This document shows positions 12,710-25,029 of a DNA stretch of 64,000 nt, piece after piece; the stretch's first letter is position 1; each line of letters opens with the position of its first letter. Source of the stretch: Chiloscyllium plagiosum. Lineage: Eukaryota. The notes under the pieces are model-generated. The model was not told where the DNA came from. It saw nothing but the letters and a program-made list of their open reading frames with translations, and did not search any database. The DNA is taken from assembly GCF_004010195.1 (NCBI RefSeq), contig NC_057746.1, positions 17,231,327 to 17,295,326 of the forward strand, given 5' to 3'. Position numbers and translations under genes: made by a program.

Positions 12710-13050
12710 ACGGAGAGTTGGCTCAGTGTTTAGCGCTTTTGCCTCACAGTGCCTAGTAAACCTAGTTCGATTCCACCCTGGGCTGGCAGTCTGTGTGGAG
12801 TTTGCACAATCTCTCCATATCTGCTTGGGTTTCCTTCCATTTCTGACAACGTGAAGTTTAGTTAGATTAGCTATGTTAAATTGCGCACAGTGTTCATGAA
12901 TATATCGATTATGTGGATTAACCATGGGAAATGTGGGGTTACAGGGATAACTCAGGTGTAGTGCATCATAATGGGATGCCCTTCGGAGGCTTGTTATGGA
13001 GTCAATGGACCGAATGGCCTGCTTCCACATTATAAGTATTCTACAATTCT
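12710..13050 (+). mobile_element. Decayed HE1-type SINE inside the GPCR intron
   Basis: Sequences 'ttggctcagtgtttagc', 'gttcgattcc', 'ctgtgtggagtttgcac' and the tail 'gaatggcctgcttccaca'. Confidence 0.75.
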
Positions 13051-13457
13051 ATGAATGCATAGGACCCAGCTACAAGCAATAAGTAGTTATAAAACATTAA
13101 CATATGATACTATTAACTAAAGAACTATTTCCATCATAAACTCGTTTTACACATATACATGCACACCAGAAATACAATCTGTAACGAAGGATCATTGGGA
13201 AAGCAGTTCAGTGGCTTCTGTTCACAAGAATTGTTGTGTTAATGCTGACAGTTCTTCTGCCGCTCCGAAAGAGACAGAGAGAGGGAGAGAGAAAGAGAGA
13301 GAGAGAGAGAGTTCTTGGTCGATGAAGACTTCATGGCTTCTCTATATCTTGTACCCATCTCCAGATTGTTCAGCAATGTGAGAATACATCTTATGGCGGT
13401 TTGCAGACAGAAGGCGTTTGTCGTTGGTAACTGGTCAGTTATCCACAACCTAACCAG

Positions 13458-13760
13458 GTTAGATTAGATGCCCTACCGTATGAAACAGGCCCTTCAGAGC
13501 AACAAGTGCACACCGACCCTCTGAAGAATAACCCACCCCTGAATAATGCACCTCACACTATGGGCAATTTAGCATGATCAATTCACTTGCCATACACATC
13601 TTTGGATTGTGGGAGGAAACCAGAGCACCCGGAGGAAACCCACGCAGACACAGCGCGAATGTGCAAACTCCACACAGACAGTCACCCGAGACAGGAATCG
13701 AAACTGGGTCCCTGGCGCTTTGAGGCAGCAGTGCTAACCACCGAGCCACTGTGTCGCCCA
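13458..13760 (-). mobile_element. HE1-type SINE inside the GPCR intron
   Basis: Reverse complement matches the SINE at 1966-2325 (head 'gggcgacacagtggctcggtggttagcact', tail 'aatctaatct'). Confidence 0.9.
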
Positions 13761-14759
13761 TAATCTACCAGTTTTACGAACCAAAGCTCTATTTGCATAC
13801 AAACTATTGGTTCCAGTTCTTCTGCAAATACTGCAATAATCTAAGATTGAACATGTATTGTTTATACTGAAATTGTTTACTCTCAAAACATGGAATAATC
13901 CTTTGTTATTCGGACCCTAAGATGATGGAATAGAAGCAGGCCATTTGGTGAATCAAGTTGCCTATGCCATTCAATGAAGTTGCAATTAATCAGACAATAT
14001 TCAGCTTCATATTCCTCTATTATCCTCATAGCCCTTAATATACATTGTCTTTAGGAACAGAAGAATGACATTGGACATCTGAACCTATGTTTGTTTCAGC
14101 CTTTTGGTTACTTCTCTCGTCAATACCGATCCAGTGGGAGAGGTACAATTGGATAACACTGAGCATAAATCTTAGCACGAAAGAGACCACAATTAGAGAA
14201 GGAGAGATTATTGTTAGGTTCATGCGAGCCTGTTTAAAAGGAAGCAGCACAAAACGAACACAATGAATAAATACATAAATTAAGAGGGAAGGCAACAACA
14301 AAGATAAGAGGGAGTTGGAGAGAAGAGGTGAAATTCTTCGGATAAAACAGTACATTGGAGAAGAACCCAAGATTACATATCTCAGAAGAACAGTCAAACC
14401 AATAGTAACATTATATAAGAGTAGAAAATAAGGCGATACCAAGTATTACAGTGAGTAAGAATATACACAATGAACATCAGTCAAATTGAGCAAGAGAGGC
14501 GATATAGCTATGAAAAAAAGAGCATAAAAGAGTAGTAATGACTAAAGATAAGGAAATGCAAACTTGTTGACAATATGAAGGACAATATGGAGAGAAGAAA
14601 GCATGAACAAAAAAGGAGAATGTTAGAGAGAACACGAATGTTCTGGAAATGAAGAGAACTTCAACAGACGAGATGTCCAAGTTAGAGGAATCCTGACCCG
14701 CTTCGAAATGATAATAACACCTTTGTTGGAAATAGTTTTCAGGAGAATATTGTACTTAC

Positions 14760-14829
14760 CAGGCACTCCAATTACGGCGAGTATAGGATAGTATATGGAT
14801 TGAGTTGGAGACATTTCTGTCCACAACAT
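14760..14829 (-). CDS. Coding exon 1 of the GPR139-like GPCR (MLWTEMSPTQSIYYPILAVIGVP + G)
   Basis: ATG at 14829; 70 nt ending in the canonical donor G|GTAAGT (14759). 70+896 = 966 nt = 322 codons including the stop. Confidence 0.9.
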
Positions 14830-14905
14830 TTTCAGTGTGATGTGAAACCTTTTGTATTATAGGTGATTGATGTAACTATGAGAAGACAGAGAAAATATTG
14901 AAGCC

Positions 14906-14913
14906 TTTTTATA
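14906..14913 (-). promoter_or_regulatory. Candidate TATA box of the intact GPCR gene
   Basis: TATAAAAA on the minus strand about 77 bp upstream of the exon 1 ATG. Confidence 0.5.
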
Positions 14914-15419
14914 GCGAAGTAAATCCCAAATGTTGCGGTTAAGCTGCATTCCTAAGTGAATTTTATCTAGCCAAAACAGGCAAGAGTCTCATTGCACCTG
15001 GGTTTTCCCTGTAGAAGGCATTAAGCAAAGACACACTTACATCAACACCTTTTGGCAGAAGAGCATGTTGTTGGAAAATAAAACGTGATGCATTTTGATT
15101 TCAAGGCAAGGAAACAATGAAGGCTATTACTAAATTGAAATAATCAATCTCCACTGTTCTGTTTTAGATATGGAATATTTTCTTCCAAATTCTTTACCTC
15201 TACTGGATTACACTCGTGCCCCACAAACCCATGCCTTGTTACTGTTGCAACCCCGCAACCCCAACTCTCCAGTTTTGACAAGTGGTAGCGGTCATTAGCT
15301 CCCATTCTGCCTCCTGATTTTTCCATGGACTGTCTGCGTTTTCGTTCTATCTTTCACTCCAGAATGGTGTTTCTCTCACTTGGCAGGAAAGGGGAATTGA
15401 TGGACTTATTCAGTAGGTC

Positions 15420-16070
15420 ATACGAATACAAGGTATAGGAGCAGGACAAGGCTTCCATCTAAATCTGCTATTCAACAAGGTCATAGCTGCTCTTTTGTCT
15501 CAAGTCGACACTCCTTACTAGCCACGTATCCCTTCATTCATTCTGTGATTAACAAAAGCTGTTTTCTGAGTCTAAAATGTATTTTAGACTCAGTACGAAA
15601 GAGCACCAAACACTTTTCTGGTAGAGAATTTCGAAATTTTACAACCATCAGCGTAAAGAAATTCTATTCTGTTCTATTCTTATAATCATCTTCCGATAAA
15701 GGACCCAGGTTTCTTTAAAAGTTTAAATTTTTTGAAGCTTACGAAATGTTCTTTTTTTAAAAAAATTAGACTAAAGTAAATTATCTCGCAATATCACCTC
15801 ACATTGCAGACTGTCATGATTTTGTTGCACACACATTTAAACCTGCATAGACCTTCTTACAACTTGTTGTTTCTTACTCACATCTAATGCTCTCACATAG
15901 TTTTATATCACCAACACATTTGGTGACTTTAATATCATCTAAGACATGAACGTGTGTTATTATTGGCTGAGGCTTCAGTATTGATCCTCACTGCATTCCA
16001 CTGGAAGTAGCTGAACAAGTTGAAAGGGCATCAGTTATGACTATTCTCTGCTTTTGCTCCGTTAAACGTC
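15420..16070 (-). mobile_element. Highly decayed CR1 3'/RT fragment
   Basis: CR1-like tail 'ataggagcagga..aggc' and 'cagtattgatcctcactgcattccactgg' (reverse of a VPQGS-like region). Confidence 0.5.
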
Positions 16071-16549
16071 CCTACAGACTGAGAGGGGTAAGCAGCAAGT
16101 CAGTATCACTGTAAAGAATAAGGGGAGGTGCTTTCGGCACGTTAGAATTACTGTGAAGCACACTGGGAGGAGGGTGCAGCAATTCAGCTTCATTAGCCGT
16201 GTGCAGCAAGTCGGTATCAGTGTGAATCACCCAGCAGAAGTGTGCAGCAAGTCAGCATCACTACATCAGGGTGAAGCAGACTGGCAGAGTGGACATGTGT
16301 AAGAAGTGTAACAGTGGCACATGGCAACAGTTGGAGACAGTGCATCCTTCTAAGTCTTCTCACCTGTTTATGATGTCACATTAAAACAAAGCGATTGATG
16401 TGTAATTATTCCATGTATTTTTGATAGACCATGTGGTTTACATTCGGTGCTGTTAGTACATTTCAAGGTACATTTTAATTATGAAATACCATTATTTCAT
16501 AGTGAAGCACATGCCTCAGTTTAATTAGATAAAATGTGGGCAGTGGACA

Positions 16550-17490
16550 GAGGCAATAGTATATGACTATGAGTGAGACATGTATTAGAATCCATAATCT
16601 AGTACTGGAAAAAACACAACAACTGCCCCTATGACATAGGTATGAAGTTATTGCTCCCTATATGTAAGCACACACAGGCTGCAGGGAGAATGAGCAAACT
16701 GACCAAAATGCCATCCTATGCAAAAGTGGGTGGAGAAAAGAGAAATTTAATATTAATAGGGGATAGTATCATTAAGACAATAATTACTGCTCACTATTGG
16801 AAAGACAAGAAAAATTGCAAAAGGTATGTTGCCTTTCTGATGCCAAAATTCTGAGCCCGAGAAGATTTTGAAATGGGCATGGAAAGTTCCATTTTTTTTA
16901 ACTTTGTATATACCAATAACAAAGGTCAAACTCAAATAGAGCTTCTGCTGAAGGAACTTTTGCAGCAAGAGGCTGCATTAAAAAAACACACTAATGAGAT
17001 AATAAGCACACAGTTAGCTCTACTGTATCATAGACACCAAACCGATTCGCACCTGAGCTAAATGAAAAGTGACAGATGGCAAATGAACTTAGAGATATAA
17101 ATGCGTTGCTCAATAACTGGTGTCAGAGCAATGAGTTACGATGAATGGGACACTGGTCCCAGTCCTAGGAATTGAAATGGGTGCATTGGAATAGTCTTCA
17201 TCTGAACCGAGCGTGGTCAGTATAGTTGCCAAGTATATAATTAGGAATGTAGTTTGGACACGCGTTTAAGACTGACGCGAGAACGAATTTCCTCTCTCAG
17301 AATATTTTGAGGAATGAGATCTCTGTTCCACAATCAATGTGTTTATTTAAGGCTGAGGTACCTAGATTCTGTATCAGGCGACAAATAACGGTTTAGGGAA
17401 ATGGTAAGAAAGTGAATCTGAAGAGTGCCAGATCAGTCATTATCCTATTGAATGCAAGAGCCAAATGATTGATCCTGTTTTTATTTCTTT
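16550..17490 (+). mobile_element. Decayed CR1: ORF1 esterase-like part fused to a 3' end
   Basis: LILIGDSIIK (SGNH/GDSL-like ORF1 motif) and 'ggacactgg...cttcatctgaaccg' (GLHLN-like), followed by a CR1 3' tail around 17280-17490. Confidence 0.6.
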
Positions 17491-17759
17491 AGAATAAACT
17501 ACCTCTGCATCACAAAACGGCTGAACTCTCGAAGTGAGATGAGAGTGACTGCACTTGACATCGTCAGAATTACCTTCTGTTCTGCATCAAGGAGACCTCA
17601 CAACGCTGAAATCAACGAGAATCAGATGGAAGGCTCTATACTGCTTTGTACCCAAACAAAGGAAGATGTCTTTGAATTTTGCAGATCAATGATCTCAGCT
17701 CGACGACTAATGTGCCGGTGTTCCTCATGGTCGTCTCGTCTGTTCAAGCATTTTTCAGC

Positions 17760-18490
17760 TACTTAGCCAATAGCCTCCCTCTAACATAATGCCAGAATTG
17801 GAGTATCGTGATGATTGTACAATTTCCAGCACCATTCACAACTTTTCAGACACAAAAGCATTCCATGTTAAATTGCACCAAGCTCTGGACAATAATTAAG
17901 CTTAGCCTGACAACTGGAAAATAACATTGACGCTACACAAATTCTAAGCAGCAACCAATTCCAATACGAGATCATCTAACTATACACTCTTCATATTCCA
18001 TTACATTACCATCGACTGACTCCTCCTCACCAACGCACTGTGAGTTGCCTTCGACAAGAAACTCAGATGGACTTCTTATATAAACGTAAGAGTTATAGAA
18101 CATAACAGAATTCGGAATGCTGCAGCAAGTACTCAACTCCTGACTCCCCATAGTCTGTCCATTATGTCCGAAGCACAAGTCAGGAAGGTGATGGAATACC
18201 CTCCGCGTTTCTGGATGTATGTGGCTCCAATAGCAGTGAAGAAGCTCGGCAGCATCCTGGTGAATTGTTTGGAACCACACCCATTCCTTTCACCAGTGAC
18301 ACTCAAAAGCAGCAGTGTGTACTATCTACAAGATACACTGCAGAAATTCACCAACTACCCTACACAGCAATTTACAAACACAAGACAACTTCCATCTAGA
18401 AGTACAAGAGCAGCAGATGCATGGGAGCACAACAAACTCCAATTTCTCCTCCAAGTCACTCACCATCTTCACTTGGAAATGTATTGCCAT
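17760..18490 (+). mobile_element. Non-LTR retrotransposon RT C-terminal fragment (clade not assigned); related piece at about 26215-26730
   Basis: AQVRKVMEYPP.FWMYVAP..VKKL; the homologous region at 26254 reads GRSEMQYSLFIWMDVAPKTVKKLD. Confidence 0.65.
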
Positions 18491-18887
18491 TACGTAAAGT
18501 TTTTGTATTCAGTTATTTTCCCCGCCATTTATTGTACAAACTTTTCTGTCTCCGTGTAAGTGTGAGAATGTGTAGGGTTTATTGAAGTTGACTGTGTAAA
18601 ATAGCAACATGTTGAATCATACAATCATGCATGAGATTTTTTGAGGGACAGGTAGACACTGCAGGGTATGGAGTGCTTTATTTTCCTTTCCAACTCTATT
18701 TTTATTCAGTTCATGCACTGCCCTTTCACTTCTTTTTTCACAGAAGCATTGCGCCTATACACCTTTGGTTGTCAATGGTTCATTGAACACATGGGTGACT
18801 TTCCTAGTGATGGTGTCTTTTCACTGAGTCACACACAGAGAATGACAGCGTGCAGTGGTAGAGTACAGGGTTTAAGGAAAAACAAAA

Positions 18888-19016
18888 NNNNNNNNNNNNN
18901 NNNNNNNNNNNNNNNNNNNNNNNNNNNNNNNNNNNNNNNNNNNNNNNNNNNNNNNNNNNNNNNNNNNNNNNNNNNNNNNNNNNNNNNNNNNNNNNNNNNN
19001 NNNNNNNNNNNNNNNN
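18888..19016. other. Assembly gap (other gaps: 7528-7535, 30886-31722, 51560-52059, 59777-60408)
   Basis: Runs of N. Confidence 1.
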
Positions 19017-20609
19017 CTGCTGAAGCATATCATCTTTAGGAGCATCATTGGAAGGAGAAGCAGTGTTATTGTTTCAACACCGATATAATACTGGTTTGAA
19101 GTATGATGAAACTCTTAAAATATACTTTTGTTGTCCTCCTCACTGTCATCTTGGTATTGTTTCCCTGTTCCTTGTGTTTCCACCTCCATTTCAGCAGTAC
19201 CTGTGCAATCCAAGTCATTTTCTTTCTGTTCAGTAGGCCATTTTCAATGGAACCTCATTTGGCAACAGAAAATTCATTGACCTTGACTTCAGCATCTGAC
19301 TCTGGTTGAATCGGATTACAATCAAATTTCTCCACAAGGGCGCTCTGTAAAATATAACAGGCTCGATGGCATCATTCAAATCAATGGTGCAGTTCATCAT
19401 ACGAGGATATGGGCCAATTGATGGCAATTGGGTTGAGAATAGATAAAGTGATTTTTTTTGACTGGTGCAGATACGACGAGCTGAAGGACCTTTCTCTACT
19501 GTTGATTTCTATGACTCAATGACTCTAAAGCTGACTGGAAACCATCAAGTTAATTCATGAGCCCATTATCTGGAGTATTTATGGGTATTTAAACAATACG
19601 TTCAATTTGACTGGAGATGTCAATATAAATATTGTTCAATACCATCAAATGAAGTTATTTAGTGATCTGAATAGATTCAGAAACTGTTTGCATTTTTGAA
19701 GGAAGGGCTATAGATTTGGCAAAAACGAACAGGAGTGAGTGGTGTGAATGATTCTATGCTATACTATCCTATTTTCATGCTGACATGAACGATTTAAAAA
19801 GATTAAACAAAGAAAGTACTTTCTGGAAAGTGCTGTGAAAAGTGAGATCCGCAATTTTGAAGAATCCTATCCCCTGTGTAAATTATCTTTCCAATGTAAA
19901 GCTTTCTTCATTTCTTGCTCCTGACGTAAATTATATAAGGTTAAATAATATCAAATCAACTTGTTATTTCTTCCTTTCAGATTATCATTCTGCATGCATG
20001 ATTTATAAATTGTCTTAGTATACTTCGACTATATTGCTGTGAACTTGTATAGCAGTGGAAGTGATCGATGCAACTGTGAGAATAAAGAGAAAGTACCGAG
20101 GTATTTTTATACTGAAGTGAGAGTCTAATATTGCTGTTCGACTGCATTCTTAAGTGAACACCAGAGGAACCGCAGATGCTGGATAACAGCAACAGAAATT
20201 GCTGACAAGGCTCAGCGGGTCTCACAGCATTTGTGCAGAGAAATCAGAATTGACGTTTCCAATTCAATGGCCCTTCCTCAAAACTGATGGTAGCTAGGAA
20301 AATATTATATTTTTAATGCAGAAGATAGGTTGGGGAGAGTAGGAAGGAGTAAGCAATAGCTGGAGACAAAGCCCAAACAGAGTGAAGAGCGGATGAACAG
20401 GCAATGAAGTACATGACAAACATGCCTGGGAGAACGAATAGCTTGGGATCGCTACAGTTTTCTGTACTCAGTGCTGAGTTTAACAAGTTGAGGGTTTCAT
20501 GTATCCTGACATTTGCTTAACCCAACTGCCACAAACTAGGCCTGGTTATGACACAGTCTGCTATTACACAGTCTCCCTTTTGAGCCACTAATTGTCCACT
20601 AATAGCTAC

Positions 20610-21985
20610 AGTATAGTGAAAAGTTTTGTTTTGTGTGAAGTGCAGGCAGATCATGCCATATCAAGTGCATAGGGCAACAGAGCAGATCGAAGAATTCAAT
20701 GTTATGGCTTCACAGAAGGTGCCCAAAGAACGAGATTGACATGTCGATTTAAAATTTGAGAGGTCCATTCAGAAGCCTGATTACAGCATGGAAGTAGCTA
20801 TTCTTAAATCTGTTAGTACTTGTATTGAAACGTTTGCATCTTCTGTTCGATGGTTCACGTTTGAATACATTTTAACAGGGGTAGGAGAGGTCTTCAATTA
20901 TGTTGGCTACCTTTACAATGTAGTGAGAAGCAAAGATAGACTCAATGAATCGTAAATTGTCTGGCATGATGGACTGGGCTGCATTCATATCTTTCATTTC
21001 TTCTTACGGTCCTGGGCAGAGAAGTATCCATAGGAAGTCATGATACATCTGTAAAGATGTTTTCTAATATGCATCTACAAATTTTTGTAAGAGTCTTTAT
21101 GGATATTCCGAATTTCCTTTGCCGTCTGAAGATATAGGGGCATTGTTATAATTTTTTTTTTGTGACCATAGCATCAGCTTGCGTGGACCAGGACAGATTG
21201 TTGCTTCTCATCACTGCAAAGAACCCGATGCTGTCACCATCTCCACATCAGCACTATTGATATCGATAGAGCTGTATCCTCCACTTTGCATCCTAAAGTC
21301 AATGACCAGCTCTTTCCTTTTGTTGAGTTTGAGGGAGGTATTTTTATCTTTACCCCATGCCACTCAGAACTCTATGTCTTTCCTACATTCTGTCTCATCA
21401 TTGTTTAAGGTCCAATCTGTAACAATGATGTCATCAACGAATTTGAAGCTGGAGCTATTTGGCTACGCATTCATTGATGTATTGGGAGTAGAGCTGAGAG
21501 TTGATTATGTAGCCTTGTAGGTATCCGCTGTTAACGATTATCATGCAAGAGTTGTTGTTGTTGCCTATTCTGACTGATTGTAGTCTATGAGTCAGGAAAT
21601 CGACGATCCAGTTGCAGACGATGGAGCACAGATATAGGTGTTAGAGCTTGAAGATAAATTTGGTTGGAATTATTGTTTTGAAGGAAGATATGTCATCAAT
21701 AACTAATAGCCTGATTTAGAGATCCTTGCTAACCAGATGTCCCCAGGATGAATGTCCAGGGAGGTTGTGTCTGCCATGGATGTATTGCGATGTTAGATGA
21801 ATTGCAAAAGGTCAAGGAAACCTGGAGGCTAGAGTTGACGTTAGTCATGACTAACCCCTGGAAGTACTTCATAATTATCGAGGCCAGAACGGTAGTCATT
21901 CATGCACTCTGCATGTGTTTTCTTTAGCACCGGGATGCTGGTGGTCTTCTTGAAGCAGGTGTAGACTTTAGATCATAGTAAGCCG
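20610..21985 (-). mobile_element. Rex1/Babar-like LINE RT remnant (part of duplicated block copy B)
   Basis: Collinear with 255-1000 plus 3250-3500 but without the CR1 insertion. Minus strand gives a KFVDDII-like RT motif near 21430 and a KYFQGLV-like segment near 21860. Confidence 0.7.
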
Positions 21986-21989
21986 AGAC

Positions 21990-23290
21990 CTTCATCAATA
22001 TTCTCTGTCATTTCTTCAAACAATCTAAACAAGGCACTGAGACAGGATTTCACATGCACAAAACCACGTTGACCATTCGTAATCAGTCATTGCCTTTACA
22101 AATACATGTAATTCATGTCACTTAGATTCTCCACCAACAAGTCAGCCATCACTGACATCAAGCTCACTGGTCTATCTTTCCCTGGCTTTCCCATGCTAAC
22201 TTTCTTAAATAATAAATTACACTCCCTTCAGTTTTCTGGTACCTCATCTGTTGGTATGTATGATACACATATCTCATCAAAGACTCCAGAATTAACTTCT
22301 GTAGTTTCTGACAAATCTTTGGGGTACACCTGATAAGGTCCCAGGGATTTATCCTATATTACGCATTTTAAGATGCTCAGCATTTCCGACCCTGGAACAT
22401 GGACTCTTTTCAACGTAGCCCTATTTAAAAAGAAATATCTAGCTTCCACAGCCTTCTCCACAGTAAATGCTGAAACAGCCGCTTAAGTATTTCACTTATC
22501 TCCTCTAGCCCCACACAGAGACTGCCTCTGTCTATACCTGACATATACCTCCTTTCTTTGTCTTAACTAAAACCTCAATTTCTCTAGTCATTCAGCATTC
22601 CTAACAGCCGACAGTCATGCCATACATACTAAAACGAGCAAACTACCCCTCGACTCTCGTTCTCTCACTTCTGAATGCCTCCCACTTTCCAAGTGCTCCT
22701 CTCCCAAACAACTTTTTAAAGTCGTTGCTTAATACCATCAAAATTGGCCCTAGTCTGATTTAGAACTTTAACTTTTCGATGAGGTCTATCCTTTTCCATA
22801 TCTATTTTAAAATGAATAGAATTATCATGCCTGGGCCCAAAGTGCTCTCTTACTGACACTTCAATCACTTGCCCTGCCTTATTTCTCAATACTAGGTCAA
22901 GTGTTGCGTCGTCTTTAGTAGATACCTCCACATACTGAATCCAAACTTTTTCTTGTACACATGAAATAACTTCCTGTCCAACTTAGTCCTTAACTCTATG
23001 GCAGTCCCAGCCTATGTTTGGAAAGTTAAAATCTGCTGCCATTGCAACCTTATCATTCCAACAGATATCTGAGATCTTCTTAGAAACTTACATCTCAATT
23101 TCCCATTGACTTTTGCTGGTGGAAGTGGTGGTAGTGGTTCTGGTAGATAGGGACGGGGTGAGAACGGGGTTGAGGTGGTGGAGGAGGCGCTATATAACAA
23201 TCCTTATAAGATGAAAATCCCTTTCTTATTCCTCAATACCACACAAATAACCACATTGGACGTATTCCCAGGAATATCTTCCCACAAAAA
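21990..23290 (-). mobile_element. Decayed CR1 ORF2 (endonuclease to RT)
   Basis: ORF fragments ATLDLVLRNKAGQV..VSVREHFG..DNSIHF...RANFDGI and a KPGKDRPVSL-like segment near 22170. Confidence 0.8.
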
Positions 23291-23549
23291 ATACCTGGTC
23301 GGCATGTATGAATTGGACCGAAGGATCTGTTTCCATGGTATGCATCTCTATGACTCCACGACTCTAAGATAGGTGACATGCTTTTCTTCATCAGTTGGAG
23401 CATAGCGTATAAAATGCATCCAGTAATGCTGCACCTGTATAGAACTTCCGATATAGCACTAAAATTAGGTTTGATTGTCACTTTTACTCAAGTACAGGGG
23501 TACGGGAGCATAGTGAAAAGTTGACAGTGTTGTCATTGAGATCTTCATC

Positions 23550-24345
23550 TCAGGAGAAAGTGAGGACTGCAGATGTTGGAGTACCAGAGTTGAAAAGTGT
23601 GGTGCTGGAAAAACACAGCAGGCCAGGCAGCATTTGAGGAGCAGGAGAATCGACGTTTCGGGCATAAGCCCTTCTTCAAAAATCTTCATCTTAGGTGCAA
23701 GATACCGAGGTAAAATGTATTGGGTTAAGAAATTGAAACAGTTGGTGGCTTCAGTAGGTAAGAGGAACGGCCAAAACCCTTTCCACATATCGAGCAGGTG
23801 AAAGGTCTCTATATTCTCGATAATTTTAATCAATCTGTGTTGTAGTACACCAAGGACAAGGAAGTGAGGACTGCAAATTGTAGACATAAGAGTGGAGAGT
23901 GTGGTTCTGGAAAAGCACAGGAGGTCAGGGAGTATTTGGAGATGGAGAGGTCAAGTAAGGGGAGGAGGTGTCGGGCTGGTCCAGGTGAATTTGAGGTCGG
24001 GGTGAAAGGTATTAGTGAAGGTGATGAACTGTCCAACCTCCTCATGGGAGCATGAGGTAGTGCCAATACAATCATCGATGTAGTGGAGGGAATGAGGGAA
24101 TGGTGGGGGATGGTGCCGGTCTTGCTGTAGAAGACGGACTGTTACACATACCCAACAAAGCGGCAGGCATAGCTGGAGCACATGTGGCTATCCCTTTGGT
24201 TTGATGTTGGAGATGGAGAGGTCCAGAAAGGAGACCGAGGTGTCAGAGATAGTCCTTATGAAGGGCTTCCGTCCGAGAAGTCGATTCAACTGCTCCTCGG
24301 ATTCTGCCTGACTTGCTGTGCTTTTCCAGCCCCTCACTCTCGACT
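23550..24345 (-). mobile_element. Penelope-like element pieces: terminal repeat copies and an RT fragment
   Basis: RT-like YIDDCIG...FITFTNTFHPDLKFTW and ISDTSVSFLDLSIS. Terminal motif 'gaggactgcagatg.tggag...gtgtggtgctggaaaa...gacgtttcgggcataagccc'. Confidence 0.75.
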
Positions 24346-24644
24346 CTTTTAATACACCAAGGGAGTTATTGTGACTTGATCCCACGTCTTTTAGTTTAAA
24401 GAAAGGCATATAAAGACACAAAATCGCAAGAAACCTCTCTTGCAATATTTCCTGGAGCTGTGTAAAATTGAAATGAATGAATCTGTTGTCACTTCAGGTA
24501 CACAGCTTTAAGACGTGATTGCAGGAATTGCTTTGAAATGAATACTTCAACTTTTTTTTTCATGAACATTTCCACTAGTTTATCTGTAATTCTGTTTAAA
24601 AATTTCTTCCCTCAAATTTGCCTGTTGACTTTCTGTGTGGTTTG

Positions 24645-24830
24645 CATGTCCCTCTCCCTCTCCCCCTCTCTTTCTCTCACCCTCTCTCTCTCCCTCACTC
24701 TCTCTCAGTCCCCACTGACTCTCTCATTCTCTCACTCTTTCACCCACGCCTTCTCTCTGTCACCATCTCTGCCTCTGTCTCTGTCTCTGTGATTGAGAGT
24801 TTTTGCACATGTCCATGCATCTCTCTGTTC
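24645..24830. repeat. CT-rich low-complexity microsatellite
   Basis: Degenerate (CT)n runs. Confidence 0.85.
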
Positions 24831-25029
24831 TGTACTGAGATCACAGAAAGAAGCAAAATTTTAATATCTTTGTTCTCTCTTCAATTCCAATGTTTAAATA
24901 CACTCGAGACGACTAATACTCACATATATATGCTTATCACCAATAGTATACACTCGCACCACTATTCCCTTGGTATTCAATGGTGTTATCAGCATGTATG
25001 ACGGATATCTGATGGGGAAAGTGACGTCG

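Noticed and set aside
14035-14680. Hydrophobic minus-strand ORFs (135 aa and 67 aa) that look membrane-like
   Set aside because: They lie in the GPCR intron, in T-rich biased sequence that yields F/L/I/S codons, and show no family motif.
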